Shown here piece by piece: positions 12,316-25,125 of a stretch of DNA of 64,000 nucleotides. A program made the translations under genes and the position numbers. The stretch is taken from positions 124,809,653-124,873,652 of the forward strand of contig NC_068981.1 in the NCBI RefSeq assembly GCF_001194135.2, read 5' to 3'. The notes beneath the pieces are model-generated. The model ran no database searches. It saw only the letters and a program-made list of their open reading frames with translations, and had not been told where the DNA came from. The stretch comes from Octopus bimaculoides. Its lineage: Eukaryota. The first letter of the stretch is position 1. Every line of letters starts with the position of its first letter.

Positions 12316-13499
12316 TGTCAATGTAAAGAGTGCACAATCAGTAGAGAGATTAGCAAAACATCTTGCCAAGTAGTTAGCTGCAGTCCTTTACATTCTGTGT
12401 TCTAAGTGAGCTGAGATTCACTATTATTTTATTGACCCAGGAAGAATAAAAAATTAAGTATCCATCATGTTCATATTATTTAAACCTTTCTTCACTCTTA
12501 TGGAGCATAGGCTGTCAACAGTTTTTTTTTGTTTTTTTTTTCACTGTTCTCATCTCTAGTCTATCTTTCTCTTTCTCGTATCTCGGTTTTGAACAGTCAT
12601 TGATACATCTGTAACTCCTTGTTTCTAGGTAGGGATGTTGGCCCTACACAAACCTATTTTTACCTCAGGGAAGAAGTAATCAATATTAGTCTGGCTTCTA
12701 TCCTTCGACCTGTCCAGTATGGTGGGTCCTGCCAGGAACTTGCACTCTGCTGGCATAGCTTTCAGGGTCACTGAAGTACAGAAGCCACCACAAGGACTGG
12801 ACCTTGTGGTGGACCCATCATGTTCTAAGGTTGATTAAATCTACTATAAACCTTTCCCTAATATTGTAGTCTGGATCATATGTTCATCACCACTGTCACT
12901 ATCATCATCATTACCACCACCATCATCATCATCACAAAGATGGTTGAGACAGCAAGACAACATTTAGTTTTGACCCTCTTGGTTCCTAGACTGAATTACA
13001 AAAATCAAATCTGTCTTTCCTCACTCTCAAGATTTAATACAGTAACTATTAGCATTCTACTGCTGTTAAGTGAATAATCTACACCTACCTGATAAATTTT
13101 CACCTATTTTCTCAATATTATCAGACAAAAAATGCTGACATGAATGGTGGGGAAAATAATCAACAAAATACTTCACAGTTCTTACTTCAAATGCTAAAAG
13201 GATTGATTCAGTATTTCAGCCTCCAATAAAATAAAATAAAAACAATAATAAAGGTCAATTAAACTGATTGCCAACACAAACATATATGCATACATGCACA
13301 CATAAATATGACCTTCTACATATTGACATATCTTGGATACCTAGAGATATTTTGTATGCACTTATCCATATCAAGTTTTACAAGTGGTGATGCATATATT
13401 GTCACATTAATCAATATTTTAAAGACAATTTTCAGACAGTTCTATTTTTCACTGTATTTGCACAACAGTATGTTAGTCAAGATTTTATAATTGATGTGG

Positions 13500-13855
13500 A
13501 ACAAAAATGTCGACTGCTGCCATGCTAGGGCACTGCCTTGAAGAACTTTTAGTTGAATGAACTGACCCCAGTACTTAATTTTGTTAATCCTGGTACTTAT
13601 TCTATCAGTCACTTTTGCTGAACTGCTACCTTACAGAGACTTCAACACACCAACACCGGTTGTCAAGCAGTAATTGGGGGAACAGACACAGACAAAAAGA
13701 CACACACACACACACAACAGGCTGTTTTACGTTTCTGTCTACCAAATCCACTCAAGGCTGACACTATAAAAGACACTTGCCCAAGGTGCCATACAGTGGG
13801 ACTGAACCCGGAACCATGTAGTTGAGAAGCAAGCTTTTTACCACACAACCATGCT
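13500..13855 (-). mobile_element. Family A SINE
   Basis: gacacttgcccaaggtgcc..gggactgaacccggaaccatg; similar to 56033-56425. Confidence 0.85.
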
Positions 13856-16076
13856 TGTGCCTATACATATACAAATTACACACACATATAAATGTGTGTG
13901 TGCGTGTACACAAATGAGAGAAAGAATACTTAATATATATAATACAGTTTATTTGTTTGAAGGTGATGATTCACTCCATAGCTACTATGAATCTCTTGCT
14001 CTTGTGTGTTCATTCATCAGAACAAATACACTAAGACACTCAGACTAGTGACAGAGAGAATCAACAGTTTGGAAAATTAAATCTCACACACGCACACACA
14101 CACACACACACACACAAAATTTTGGTCTTAAATAGAAGAGCCTTCTGAGCAAAAGCTTCCAAGTTGCTATAAATATGCCCTACCTACCTAACTGAAAATT
14201 GTGCTTCACAATGCTGTTGAGTTACTGTATGTAGAAATTAACAAAAAAAAAAAAAACAATAAAACAGCCAAACATTTACAACAACCCATACACCGTAAAC
14301 AACCAAAGTACAATGCCTCTGCAATCAATCAATCAGCAACAGAGGAAACTGATGTGAGTGCCATCAGTGCAGTTTTATTGCAGGGCCATTACTACACAAT
14401 CTTTGAAGTCACACACAAAATAATATTTATCACAACATCCTAGTTCTTTGTTTCTTTGTTTTTTTTTTTTTGGTTTTCTATGCTTCCCCACACCACACAT
14501 ACTCACTCACTTACTCTATCTCTCTCCACCCCCTCTCTCTCTCTCACAAGAATAGACAACACATTAAATCGTTTACCAATAAGAAGACGTGCTGAAGATT
14601 TCATAATGAACTTCCTATCCAACAAACATTTTGTTGTTCTAGCGTTTTTCAATAACATCGCATGCATACATATGTACGCACACACAAACACATATAGATT
14701 TGTGTGTGTACATAAATATATTTACTTAAAAACTGAACACAGATAGAGCCACAAAGAAAAGAAGGAAGTGGATCAAAAAGTGAGCAAATGGTTACTCACT
14801 TTCAATTCACAGAATCTATTACTACATTTAAAGATACATGTTTTGAATGAAAGATCATTTTACATCTGTGGAGGTGTGTAGCTTAATGGTTAGGGTGTTG
14901 GGCACATGATTGTAAAATTGTAGTTTCAACTCCTGGACTAAGTGAAGCATTCTGTTCTTGAGCAAAACACATCATTTCGCATTGCTACAAAATCCAGGAA
15001 ACCAACCTAATGAGTTTATGTCTCATGAAGGAACTTTATTTTACGTCCGCTTTTCCATGCACAAGCACAGTCAGAGAAAACTAGCTATCTCTGTAGTATA
15101 TCTCATATTTTTGCTGTGGTTTGTACAACTCTCTGCCCACATGTCCGTGTGCATGTCTCTCCAGCACCAAAAAATACCGTCCCTGAATGACTTGTCAGCC
15201 ATGCCAAATCATCTGCATCCAAGACTGCTGTGCCCAATCAGCTCATTCTAATATTACATATATCACTAGAAAACTTATTTTCACAGCTGGATGAGCTTCC
15301 TGTTATTCACAATTCAAATATGAAATAACAATGAAACCTGCTTAAGTTGACTGAATTAGGCAAGAATGAGAGGAGAGTCTTAATAGAGGCACACTGAAGT
15401 ACATAAAGTAGGGCTTGAACTCAGTAGACAAGCACCCAAACTTCAAAGCTACTGAGATTCAATTTCTGGTTATTGACCAAAACTGTTGAGAGCCATGTAT
15501 CAAACGCCAGATGGCTCTTGAATACAATCATCAATTGATAAATAGTTTTAAAGCTCACAAACACCTCAGAAATATGTCTAATTGGTGCAATCCTCTAGAT
15601 GTTGCATAACCCTCTTAGTAATGAGCACTTTTGTTAATATCAATGTCCATTCTGCTAAAGTCAGTTTGTGATGAAAAAAAAAAATGTCCTAACAAAGCTA
15701 ACCACAAAGGTGCTAATGCTTTATATCATTCATTTGATGAATATAAATTGTTCTTCATGACTTTGCAGGAGAAAAATAATATTGGCTTCAAATTTTGGCA
15801 CAAGGCCAGCAAGTTCAGGAGAGGGGTTAAGTCAATTACATCAACCCAGTGCTCAAATGGTACATATTTTATCAACCCCAAAAAGATGAAAGATAAAATC
15901 GACCTCAGCAGAATTTAAACCCAGAATGTAAAGACGGACAAAATACCATTAAGCATTATGCCCAGTGTGCTAACGATTCTGACAGCTTGCTCCCTTAAGC
16001 AAAAAGTATAGTATTTATATGAAATGCTTATTGAGACTAAAACAAAGATATAGTTCTGTGAAGGTACCAGCGAGGT

Positions 16077-16302
16077 TTAGCCCTTTAGCATTTAAACCAG
16101 CCATATCCAGCCCAAATATTCTGTTTTATGTTCAAACCAGCCAGATCTGGCCTCTCACACCTACCCTACAATGTTGTTGTAAAAGTAAACAATCACATCA
16201 ATGAAATCACAAAGTTAAAATTATAATGCACAATTAGTTCAAAACAATGAGAATAAATAAGCACTATATTTGATACAGTAAGCTGAATGCTTAAAGGGTT
16301 GT
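16077..16302. mobile_element. TTAA-type (piggyBac-like) MITE, opposite orientation to the 27380 copy
   Basis: ccctttagcattt...aatgcttaaaggg termini; reverse complement of 27384-27604. Confidence 0.8.
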
Positions 16303-16340
16303 TTGAAATTTTAAGGTGTTTCCATTATTTTGTCCAGCCC

Positions 16341-16378
<38 letters not shown>

Positions 16379-17170
16379 GGGCTTCTTTCAGTTTCCAGCT
16401 ACTAAATTCACTCACAAGGCCTTGGTTAGCCTAAGGCTATAGTAGAAGACACTTTGCCCGAGGTGCCATGCAGTGGGACTGAACCCAGAAGCAAGTGTCT
16501 TACCACATAGCTACACCTGCACCTATAGGTAACAATTTTAGATTTTTTTAAATTTATTTTTGACAATTTTAAGTCTTATGTATTTATCTACAAATACAGA
16601 TTATAGACAAAAAAAAAAACAATAGTTCTGCTTTCAGTGGAAAAGATTCTGATGCTGTTTCATGTCCAACAGTTTTGTTCTCCTTACCAACAAATCATAA
16701 GTACATTTTGTTCAAAACAAAAGTTGTGCTTACAGGCTGAGAAATCTAAGTCCCAACAGAAACAGATAGTGTATATAAATCATTATTAAATCACACAAAT
16801 TTACATTAAACAGCTGTTTGAATTAGATTAATGCCTGTATAACGTCATGGCTAAGAATTCCCCCCACTGTATAGATATATGTATAGATACATGCATAATA
16901 CCTATGTATGTATATGTAACAACTTAACAATAAGAAAAAAATCACATACTTTTGGTACAACAGTCTGGAAATAAATATTTTATTTCAATCTATATATCAT
17001 AAATTCAGTCTTTCAATTTAGAAAATGAAAAATTTTAAACAATGTCTATGCAAACTAACAAAAAAAAAATGCTTTTATAAAAAATATAAATACTAAAGTT
17101 TGCCTATTTATCAGCAGTCACTCTTTTCAGAAGCATCATTATATCGATTTCAAATAAAACAGCTACCCAC

Positions 17171-17276
17171 CTCCACACAACTTCATAACAACCCACAGTT
17201 CTTCTTTCACTACAAATGATGTGTAATAGGCAACCACATTCTCGTGTTTACAGTGGCTCATAGCCTGAATTTCTTT
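17171..17276 (-). CDS. OXSR1/STK39: OSR1/SPAK-family kinase exon (alphaC to hinge)
   Basis: 106 nt, ttcaacag acceptor, GAG|gtgggt donor. Reads [35 protein letters not shown](G). Confidence 0.96.
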
Positions 17277-18534
17277 CTGTTGAATAAAGACAAGATAATA
17301 AACAAAATCAGTAAGGAAGAGAGAACAAAAAAAAAAATAATAATAATAATAATGTTGGCATGTATAAGTAAATAAAAATATGAATTTGTTAAAACATCAT
17401 TGTGGTTTTCTTTTTTTTTTTTTCTTTTGGTCCTATCTGAAAATAGAAAAAAAAAGGCAACAAACAGAACTATGAATTTCGTTTCAATAACCAGCCCCAA
17501 AAATTAAACAAACCCTTATGAATACATACGCATATGCACGTATTCACACAATAATACAGGAATACATTAATGTCTATTTCTAGTTCTTAGTGTCAGGTTG
17601 ACACAGACATCACGTTTATGTAGTAAATCAAGAGCTCAATCTTAACACTGCTGATGTTATGGACTGATCCCATAATGAGCGGGAGAGCCTGTGAAAGAAC
17701 ATGGAATAATCTTTTGAGGCCCAACAGAGGGCATTAATGAATAAACATTATTGCTATTGTTAAAACGTATAGAAAAAAATACATCATCTTTTAATGCTTT
17801 TCAAACATAACATGTTTATTATATTATGTGCAAAAATGAAAACGTACAAGTCTGTAAATGTGTGTGTGTTCATGTACACATCAAGAACTATTGAACAATG
17901 CATAAATCTGCTTACATATTCTCCATGTGTGTGTGTGTACATGTAAATGCATGTATGAGTAAGTGTGCGCGTATTTCTATGTATGTATAGTTCACTTTGC
18001 AACCATATATTTTCAGGTTCAGTCCTACTGCGTAGCACAATGTGCAGGCGCCTTCTAAAATAGTTACAGGCCAACTGTGGCCTTTTGGGTGGATTTGGTA
18101 GATGGAAGCTGAAAGAAACCCACTGTGTGTGCATGTGTATGTGCATAGGTGTATTCTTGACCCCCTTGTTTGACATTACCTGCAAATTATAAACAAACGT
18201 TACATCACCACCATACAAGCGGTGTTTATTATTTTTTGTTTTGTTTTTTTGTAATCACCAGTGGAAACATGTCCAAGCATTATGCAGTTCATATTTGAGG
18301 AAATAGGGAAAATATTACCTTCCTTGGAAATAGGTGAGATTTGGCAACAGAAAGTGCATCCAACTTAAAAAAACCTGCCTCAAATTTTGCCTGGCCTATG
18401 CAAGCATAGGAAAGTGGAGACAAAAACAATAATGGTGATGATTATATATATATATATATATTCATTTATTTATTTATTTTATCTAGTTTCAGGCCAAGGT
18501 CTATGGCCTCTGAACACTATAAAAGGCTGTAAGA

Positions 18535-18880
18535 TATAACATGGACTAATTTCTCCAATTGTAATCCGCTGGATTGCTTATGTGTGGAGTGCAGTTGAGA
18601 AAGACACCAACCATTTTGTCCGCAACACAAAGGCTAAGTTTGTAGCCAAGAGCAAGGAGGTATTCGAACGTCTTCCCAATGACACAGTGAGGAACACCTG
18701 TGCCAAATTCCAGAGCCATTTTGATGCTGCAGTGGAAGCTGGGGTGGCTACTTTGAGTAAACTGTTATCTAGTTGATATCTTTAATATGTTTTTTTTTTA
18801 AACACATTTACTTTTGGATGAGATGTTGTGCTTTGTTTTCCTTTTATGCAAACTGCCAAATTCATTCTGAACACCCTATA
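18535..18880 (+). mobile_element. Tc1/mariner (DD37D-like) 3' fragment with right terminus
   Basis: Decayed CNPLD motif then VWSAVEKDTN..TKAKFVAK..; ends ttcattctgaacacccta followed by TA. Homologous to 40740-41400. Confidence 0.8.
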
Positions 18881-18939
18881 TATGTGTATATATTGGGTTC
18901 ACAAGCATGAGGTTATGAGTTCAATTCCCAGCATAAACT

Positions 18940-19680
18940 AACCAGTCTGTCTACCCTATGTGAAAGGCCTCTCCGAAAAGATACAAAAGATATGCAGCCC
19001 ATATGACATCAGGAAAGTATTCAAGAGTAATACAACACTTCGCAAATATCTCCGAGTAAAACCACCAATAGAAGAGAATATGACCAAAGACTGTGTGTAC
19101 TCCATCCTATGCAGCTGTGGTAGGTTATACAAAGGCGAAACATGCCGCCCCCACAAAATAAGGGTAGAGGAACATTGCAAAGCTGTGACACGAGCAGATA
19201 TTGATAAATCGGGTATAGCTGATCATGTATGGAAAAACGGAGACCACCTCTCACTGTGGGATGAAGCTAAAATAATAGACAGAGAATATCACTAGAAAAT
19301 ACGAAAATTCAAAAAGGCAGCACATATGCTAGGACATAATAACCTCCTAAGCAGACCTAGTGCAGATATGAGTAGCATATGGGAACTGGTATTAAGGAAG
19401 TATAGGAAAATATTAGATTTATAAACCCTAAAATTCACTCCATAATTGCCCACAGACATATGGCATAGTGGTTAAGAGCGCAGGCTACTAACCCCAAGAT
19501 TCGAAGTCCAATTCCAGGCAGTGACCTTAACAATAATAAGATTGGAAAAATAGCTTAGGAATGAGAACTCAGGTTCGAAATTCCCCCAGGACACCTGATG
19601 AAAGTTGGAGAGTACATCAGCCGAAACGTTGCGTTAACAACAAAGATGAGGACAAATATCCATCAAATGTAAATAATATA
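18940..19680 (+). mobile_element. 5'-truncated Penelope-like retroelement: GIY-YIG endonuclease remnant plus 3' terminal region
   Basis: LPYVKGLSEKIQKIC..VYSILCSCGRLYKGETCRP..RVEEH..SGIADHVW, the PLE linker and GIY-YIG signature; in-frame TAG at 19293-19295. Confidence 0.9.
19590..19635 (+). ncRNA. Minimal type I hammerhead ribozyme motif (Penelope type), partly degenerate
   Basis: gacac-CTGATGA(19595-19601)-a-agttgg/tcagcc stem II-GAAAC(19623-19627)GTT-gcgtt; stem I gacac/gcgtt, palindromic ACGT stem III. One mismatch each in stems I and II. Confidence 0.7.
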
Positions 19681-21067
19681 AGGATACAAAGATCAGTGAT
19701 GGAGTAGGAGTAAGTTAGCTAGCTTGCCAATTTACAGAGACTAGGTATTATCTTTTACTTGTTTCAGCCATTAGACTGTGGCCATGCTGGGACACTGCCT
19801 TGAAGAACTTTTAGTTGAATGAATTGACCCCAGTAATTAAATCCACTCACGAGGCTTTGGTCGGCTTGAGACTACAGAAGAAGACATTTAACCAAGGTGT
19901 CATACGGTGGAAGTGAACCTGGAACCATGTAGTTGGAAAGCAATCTTCTTATCACACAGCCATGCCTAGATTCCATGCAAAAGAGATATTAATGCCTAAA
20001 ATAGTTAGAAAAAGGAAGCGTATTCTAGGAACACTGTTTATTTCTGGGCTTTCTTAAAACTTACTTTGCTGTAACCGGTGCAGTCAGTAATAGACAATTT
20101 ATCCAAGTCATATTAGCAGAACATTCATAACTGGAAACAATTGGGTGGAAGATAGAAACTGTGAAAGCTCATAAAGTGGATTCTACATGTGAGCTCAAAT
20201 AGCTGGCTTTGTCATTCTACCTGATGATTACATTAAGGATACAAGTGTTTGTAGGATACTCATCCACTTACACCATGTGCCAAAAAAAAGCACAAAAACA
20301 AAAGGAAGTGGTAATACTCCAGCATGGCTTCAATTCAGTAACTGAACTCAATAAAACAATAAAAATAAAAAAAAGTAGAAAGCTCCTTCCAGAGTCATAT
20401 AGACTCATAGGGCTGGTTTCCTGGATTCTGTGGCATATGTACCCACCACCACCTGGATGAGATGCTGGTCTGTTGCAGGAATACTTATTTTTGCCGACTG
20501 AATGGACTGGAGCAATGTGAAATGAAGTGTTTTGTCCAAAACCACCAATCTTATAATTGTGAGTTCAACACTAACCACTAAGCCATGCACTTGGTCCAAA
20601 TAAAAGAATGTCTTATTTGGACTGGCAAAAGAAGTTCCATAAATCACACAACTTGAAATTTTCATCATCAAAACCAACAAAAGATCCATTCACTTACTAC
20701 TTAACTGTTAAATATCAGTTATATAAATTGTATTTTGCTTAAACAATTAAATACAATACTCATGGTACAAGCACAATGCTAGTATTAACATTTGCACTCA
20801 TATTCACAATTATTCTAGCAGTTTGCTATCTTTATCTTTCAGCCAATATTCCTCACAAAGTCCCATCCTAATAACTACAAAATTTAATTGTAATGGTCAC
20901 TTCCACTATTTCCAGTCCTTTCCATCCCTTCATTTTCTCCATGTTCCTGCAACTGTTTATTTTCTACAGTAAGTCGACAATATAAAGTTATGCTCCATTC
21001 TGTTGAGAAATGACTCCCTCAACAAACAGAAAATCTGTGAAGTACTCCTTTAGTAGCTAGTTCTAAT

Positions 21068-21504
21068 TTAACCCCTTAGCATTCAGGTCACCCTGTCAAA
21101 TGTAATGCTTATTAGTTCATATTGCTTTGAATTAATCATTCATCATCTTATAGCTCTGAGATTTCAATGATGTGATTGTTTACTTTTAGAATGACATTGT
21201 ATGGTATGTGTAAGAGGTTGGATCTGGCCAGTTTGAAAATAAAGCTAGTAGAATATTTTAGCCAGATGTGGCCAGTTTAACCCTTTAGCAATCAGATTAT
21301 TCTGTCAAATGTGCAGCTTATTAATTCACGTTGTTTTTAGTTAATCATACATTACTTTGTAGCTCTGAGACTTTGATGATGTGACTGTTTAATTTTAGAA
21401 TGACAGTGTTGGGTAGGTGTGACATACCAGATCTGGCCAGTTTGACCATTAAGCTGGTAGACTATTGTAGCTGGATATGGCCAGTTTAAATGCTATAGGG
21501 TTAA
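21068..21504. mobile_element. Tandem dimer of the TTAA-type MITE (209-bp period)
   Basis: TTAA-CCCCTTAGC at 21068, TTAA-CCCTTTAGC at 21277, single right end ATGCTATAGGG-TTAA at 21490-21504. Confidence 0.85.
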
Positions 21505-22454
21505 ACACAAAGCCAGCAGTTTTGATGGAGAGAATTAGTTGATTACATTGATCCCAGTTCTTGACTGGTATTTTATTTTATCAACCCAACAAGGATAAAA
21601 ATGCAAAGCTGAGCTCAGCAGGATTTGAACTCTGAACATGGAGATGTGGAAGAAATCAAACAAAACATTTTTCCTGACACTCTAATGATTCTGCCAATCC
21701 AAATGAAAGATATTCTTTTACTGGATTCAGTCACCAAACAGTAACCATGCTTCAACACTACTCTTTTTCTTCCTTTTTTTTCTTTTTCTTGTACAATGAC
21801 ACTGAATTTAGCAGACCCACCCAAAACTAGTGGGATTAACATTTCCCAGAAAAACTTTGGTGGGCAAGAAACAGTGGAGTGGTGGTGGTGGTGGGGGGGT
21901 TAGATCTAAATGGATGCAACAACAAATGAGAATCAGTGAAAATATAATCCCTGAATGTATGGCAAACTGTTAAATACTTCCCTTAAACTTAAAACCTTGT
22001 GAACAACTGTTCCCACAAGTGGTACTAATACAAAAATGAGAGATCAGGGCAGAGATGGCTGTTCACAAGTGCAAGCCCCATAAATCTGAGTGGCTGTTCC
22101 AGCAGATCTTCTTTGCCATCCTGCAGGATAACAGCTTTTCCATTTTGTCTGCTGAGGCTACAAGACAGTCTGACTTAGAGGAATTTGTATATTCCACCCC
22201 ATAATGTAAAGTTCCTCTCATATATTTTATGGTAACTATTGTTGTAGGCAACAATATATTTTTTTAAGAAACTAGCAATCTTGAGTTATACAGAGATATA
22301 CATCAGTAAACAAAATCAAGGGATTCAAAACTAAAAATACTTATCCCAATGAATACATTGCCACCAACAATATGTATATAATGTTTTATTTATTTAAGTG
22401 AGCTTTATCGCAATTGTCATGCTGCTGTTTTTGTATTTTTATGCGCTGATGCAT

Positions 22455-22551
22455 GCACACACACACACACACACACACACATGCATGCATGCACACATAC
22501 ATTACATTTGCATGAGTGTACATGCACATGGGTGAATGTGAGTGTGTGTGA

Positions 22552-22613
<62 letters not shown>

Positions 22614-22617
22614 GTAT

Positions 22618-22662
<45 letters not shown>
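22455..22662. repeat. Compound (CA)n/(TG)n/(TA)n/(TATG)n microsatellite
   Basis: Visible simple repeats. Confidence 0.95.
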
Positions 22663-22664
<2 letters not shown>

Positions 22665-22934
22665 GTGTACATGAAAAATAAACAAGTCTATTTAAATAAT
22701 CAGCTAGAGAACATGTCTCAGCATGCCAGGCAGTAGTTTACCAACAGTAAAGGGAAGTCAAGGAAAGTACATCACAGTCAATGCTAATACAGAGTTAGGC
22801 ATTTTTCTACAGAATTACATGACAACACCCATGATATATTGCAGATTGCAGATGAATGCCCTATATGATTTTGAATTCTATTCCAGCCAAAAAAGCTTTT
22901 TTTATAAATCATTTTTAAAATGTTACTAAATAGG

Positions 22935-23240
22935 TGCCAGCATGGCTGTGTGGTAAGAAACTTGCTTCATAACTATGTGATCTTGAGTTCAGTCCCCAAT
23001 GCACAGCAACTTAGGCAAGTATCTTCCACTATAGCCCCAGGTCAACCAATGTCTTGTGAATGGATTTGGCAGACAGAAACTGAAAGAAGCCTGTTATGTA
23101 TATATGAGTATGGAGGCAGTGTATTTGTTTGTCCTCCACCACTGCTTGACAACCAGTTGGTTTGTTTACATCTCCATAACTTTGCAGTTCACCAAAAAGA
23201 GACTCATCAAATAAGTACCTGGCTTAAGAGTAGGTACTAA
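22935..23240 (+). mobile_element. Family A SINE
   Basis: gcatggctgtgtggtaag..ttaggcaagtatcttccactatagcc..gaaactgaaagaagcc. Confidence 0.85.
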
Positions 23241-24514
23241 ACCCTTCATGGCTGCATTCCAAAGAGTGAAAGAAGCAAAAGATATATATGCAAAACCATC
23301 TGACCCATTCCATTATAAGGAGTAGAGTTTAAGTTACCTTTATCTAAGCAGACTGAAGGCAAGCCAACTGCTAAAGATGTCATACAATGATTGTGACAAA
23401 GTTTGAAATTGTAACTATGTAGCCAATATCCCAGCACAACAATCTCAGAATCACCAAGCCTCATATAACAAATATATAATTAAAAACCATGTATGATCTG
23501 GCACTCAGTTGTACTTAGTTGTTAACCTTACAATCAAAGAAGCAATAATTATCATCTGATTAATTAGTAATCTTCATATGTTACTGTCACAAGAAGAATA
23601 ATTGCCTAATAAATATTATCACTATTTTCTTAATCTGGATTATATTTTGGGAAATTTGGATGGAATTGTTAGAGATCACATTAGCTTATGTTGAAATCCT
23701 ACATCATTATGGTCAATATATATATTCTTAAAAAAAGAGACCATGGGATTGCACCTAGAAATTTTCCCTCCGAAGCATGGTTGATTATGGAAGACCAGCA
23801 GACTCCCATGTATACCAGCCTGCCCTCTCAACACCACCGATGTTAGCCAAGAGAAAAGTAAAAGCCAATACAGCTTGGTACTAGTGATGTTGCAAGTTAT
23901 TTCTACAGCAGAGTGAACTAGAGCAATGTGAAATAAAGGGTCTTGCTCAAGAGCCCAGTCCAGGAACCGAACTCATGATTGTGCACCGACACTCTAACCA
24001 CTGAGCCATGCCCCTTCAATATATATTCTATTGTGGTAATTACTATCTGTAAAACCAATATTAAGTAGTATGTGTCAAAAATTCCATTTAAAGAAATGCA
24101 CTTACACCAAAAGGTTTGACTGACATTGAAATGCAAAGTTATCCCCCAGCCCTTTTTTTTTTTTTTGAAAAAAATTTAGTAATGTTTTAGGGTAAAAATA
24201 TTCACTAGAATTGAGGGTGACTTCATAGCTTATACCATGGGTTCATTAACTGTTTTAGGTGACTGATTATGTAGTGACAAGCAGATAGAGATACTCTCTT
24301 AACGCTCCATCTCTAGGGTGTGATAGCTGAAAGAAGAGAAGGCTGAGTGGACCAAAAATATGAAAGGAAGTGCCTTGTTCAAAGACACAACATGCCACCC
24401 AGTCCATGATTCAAAACCACAACTTTAGTATTAAGAACCCAATATCCCTAACTGCCAGTTCACCTACTTTCAAAGAAAAAAGAATACAAATTGATATTGA
24501 AAAATGTCCTTAAA

Positions 24515-25125
24515 ATGGTAAGCTGACAGAATCATTAAAACACCAGGCAAAATGCTCTTAGCAGCATTTTGTCCATCTTTATGCTCCAAGTTCAAATTCC
24601 ACTGGGGTAGACTTTACCTTTCATCCTTTCGGGGTCAATAAAATAAGTACCGGTTGAGTACTGGAGTTGATTTAATCAACTTAACCCCTCCCCAAAAAAT
24701 CTGCTGGCCTTGTGCCAAAATTTGAAACCAATACTGAAACATGTTCACACCCTTTTGTTTTCATATTTCTGGTAAAGTACAGTCTTTGATTCAAACAATT
24801 TTGAAAATAATAATTCAGTAAAATAACTGTCATTATTAAGCTGCTGTTTGGAACTGATATGAAATCTTAATGGAACCAGGGGAAGTCTCAAGCAGGTTAC
24901 TATTAAAAGGATTAATAAGGCAGCAGGCTGACAGAATTGTTAGCACACTGGGTGAAATGCTTAACAGGATTTCATCTGTCGCTACTTTCTGAATTCAAAT
25001 TCCACTGACATCAACTTTGCCTCTTTTGGGGTTGATAAATTAAGTACCAGTGAAACACTGGGGTTGATGTAATCGACTAGTCCCCTCCCCACAAATTTCA
25101 GGCCTTGTGCCTATAGTAAAAAAGG
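24515..25125 (+). mobile_element. Two family B SINE copies
   Basis: agctgacagaatc..ctttcatcctttcggggtcaataaaataagtacc..ggccttgtgcc at about 24515-24735 and 24915-25125. Confidence 0.85.

Noticed and set aside
19454-19527. Possible tRNA-Ser(ACT) gene; also the tRNA-like heads at 4045-4119 and 9447-9520
   Set aside because: Acceptor and T stems do not pair properly and the B box is degenerate or embedded in SINE bodies, so these are tRNA-derived modules, not tRNA genes.
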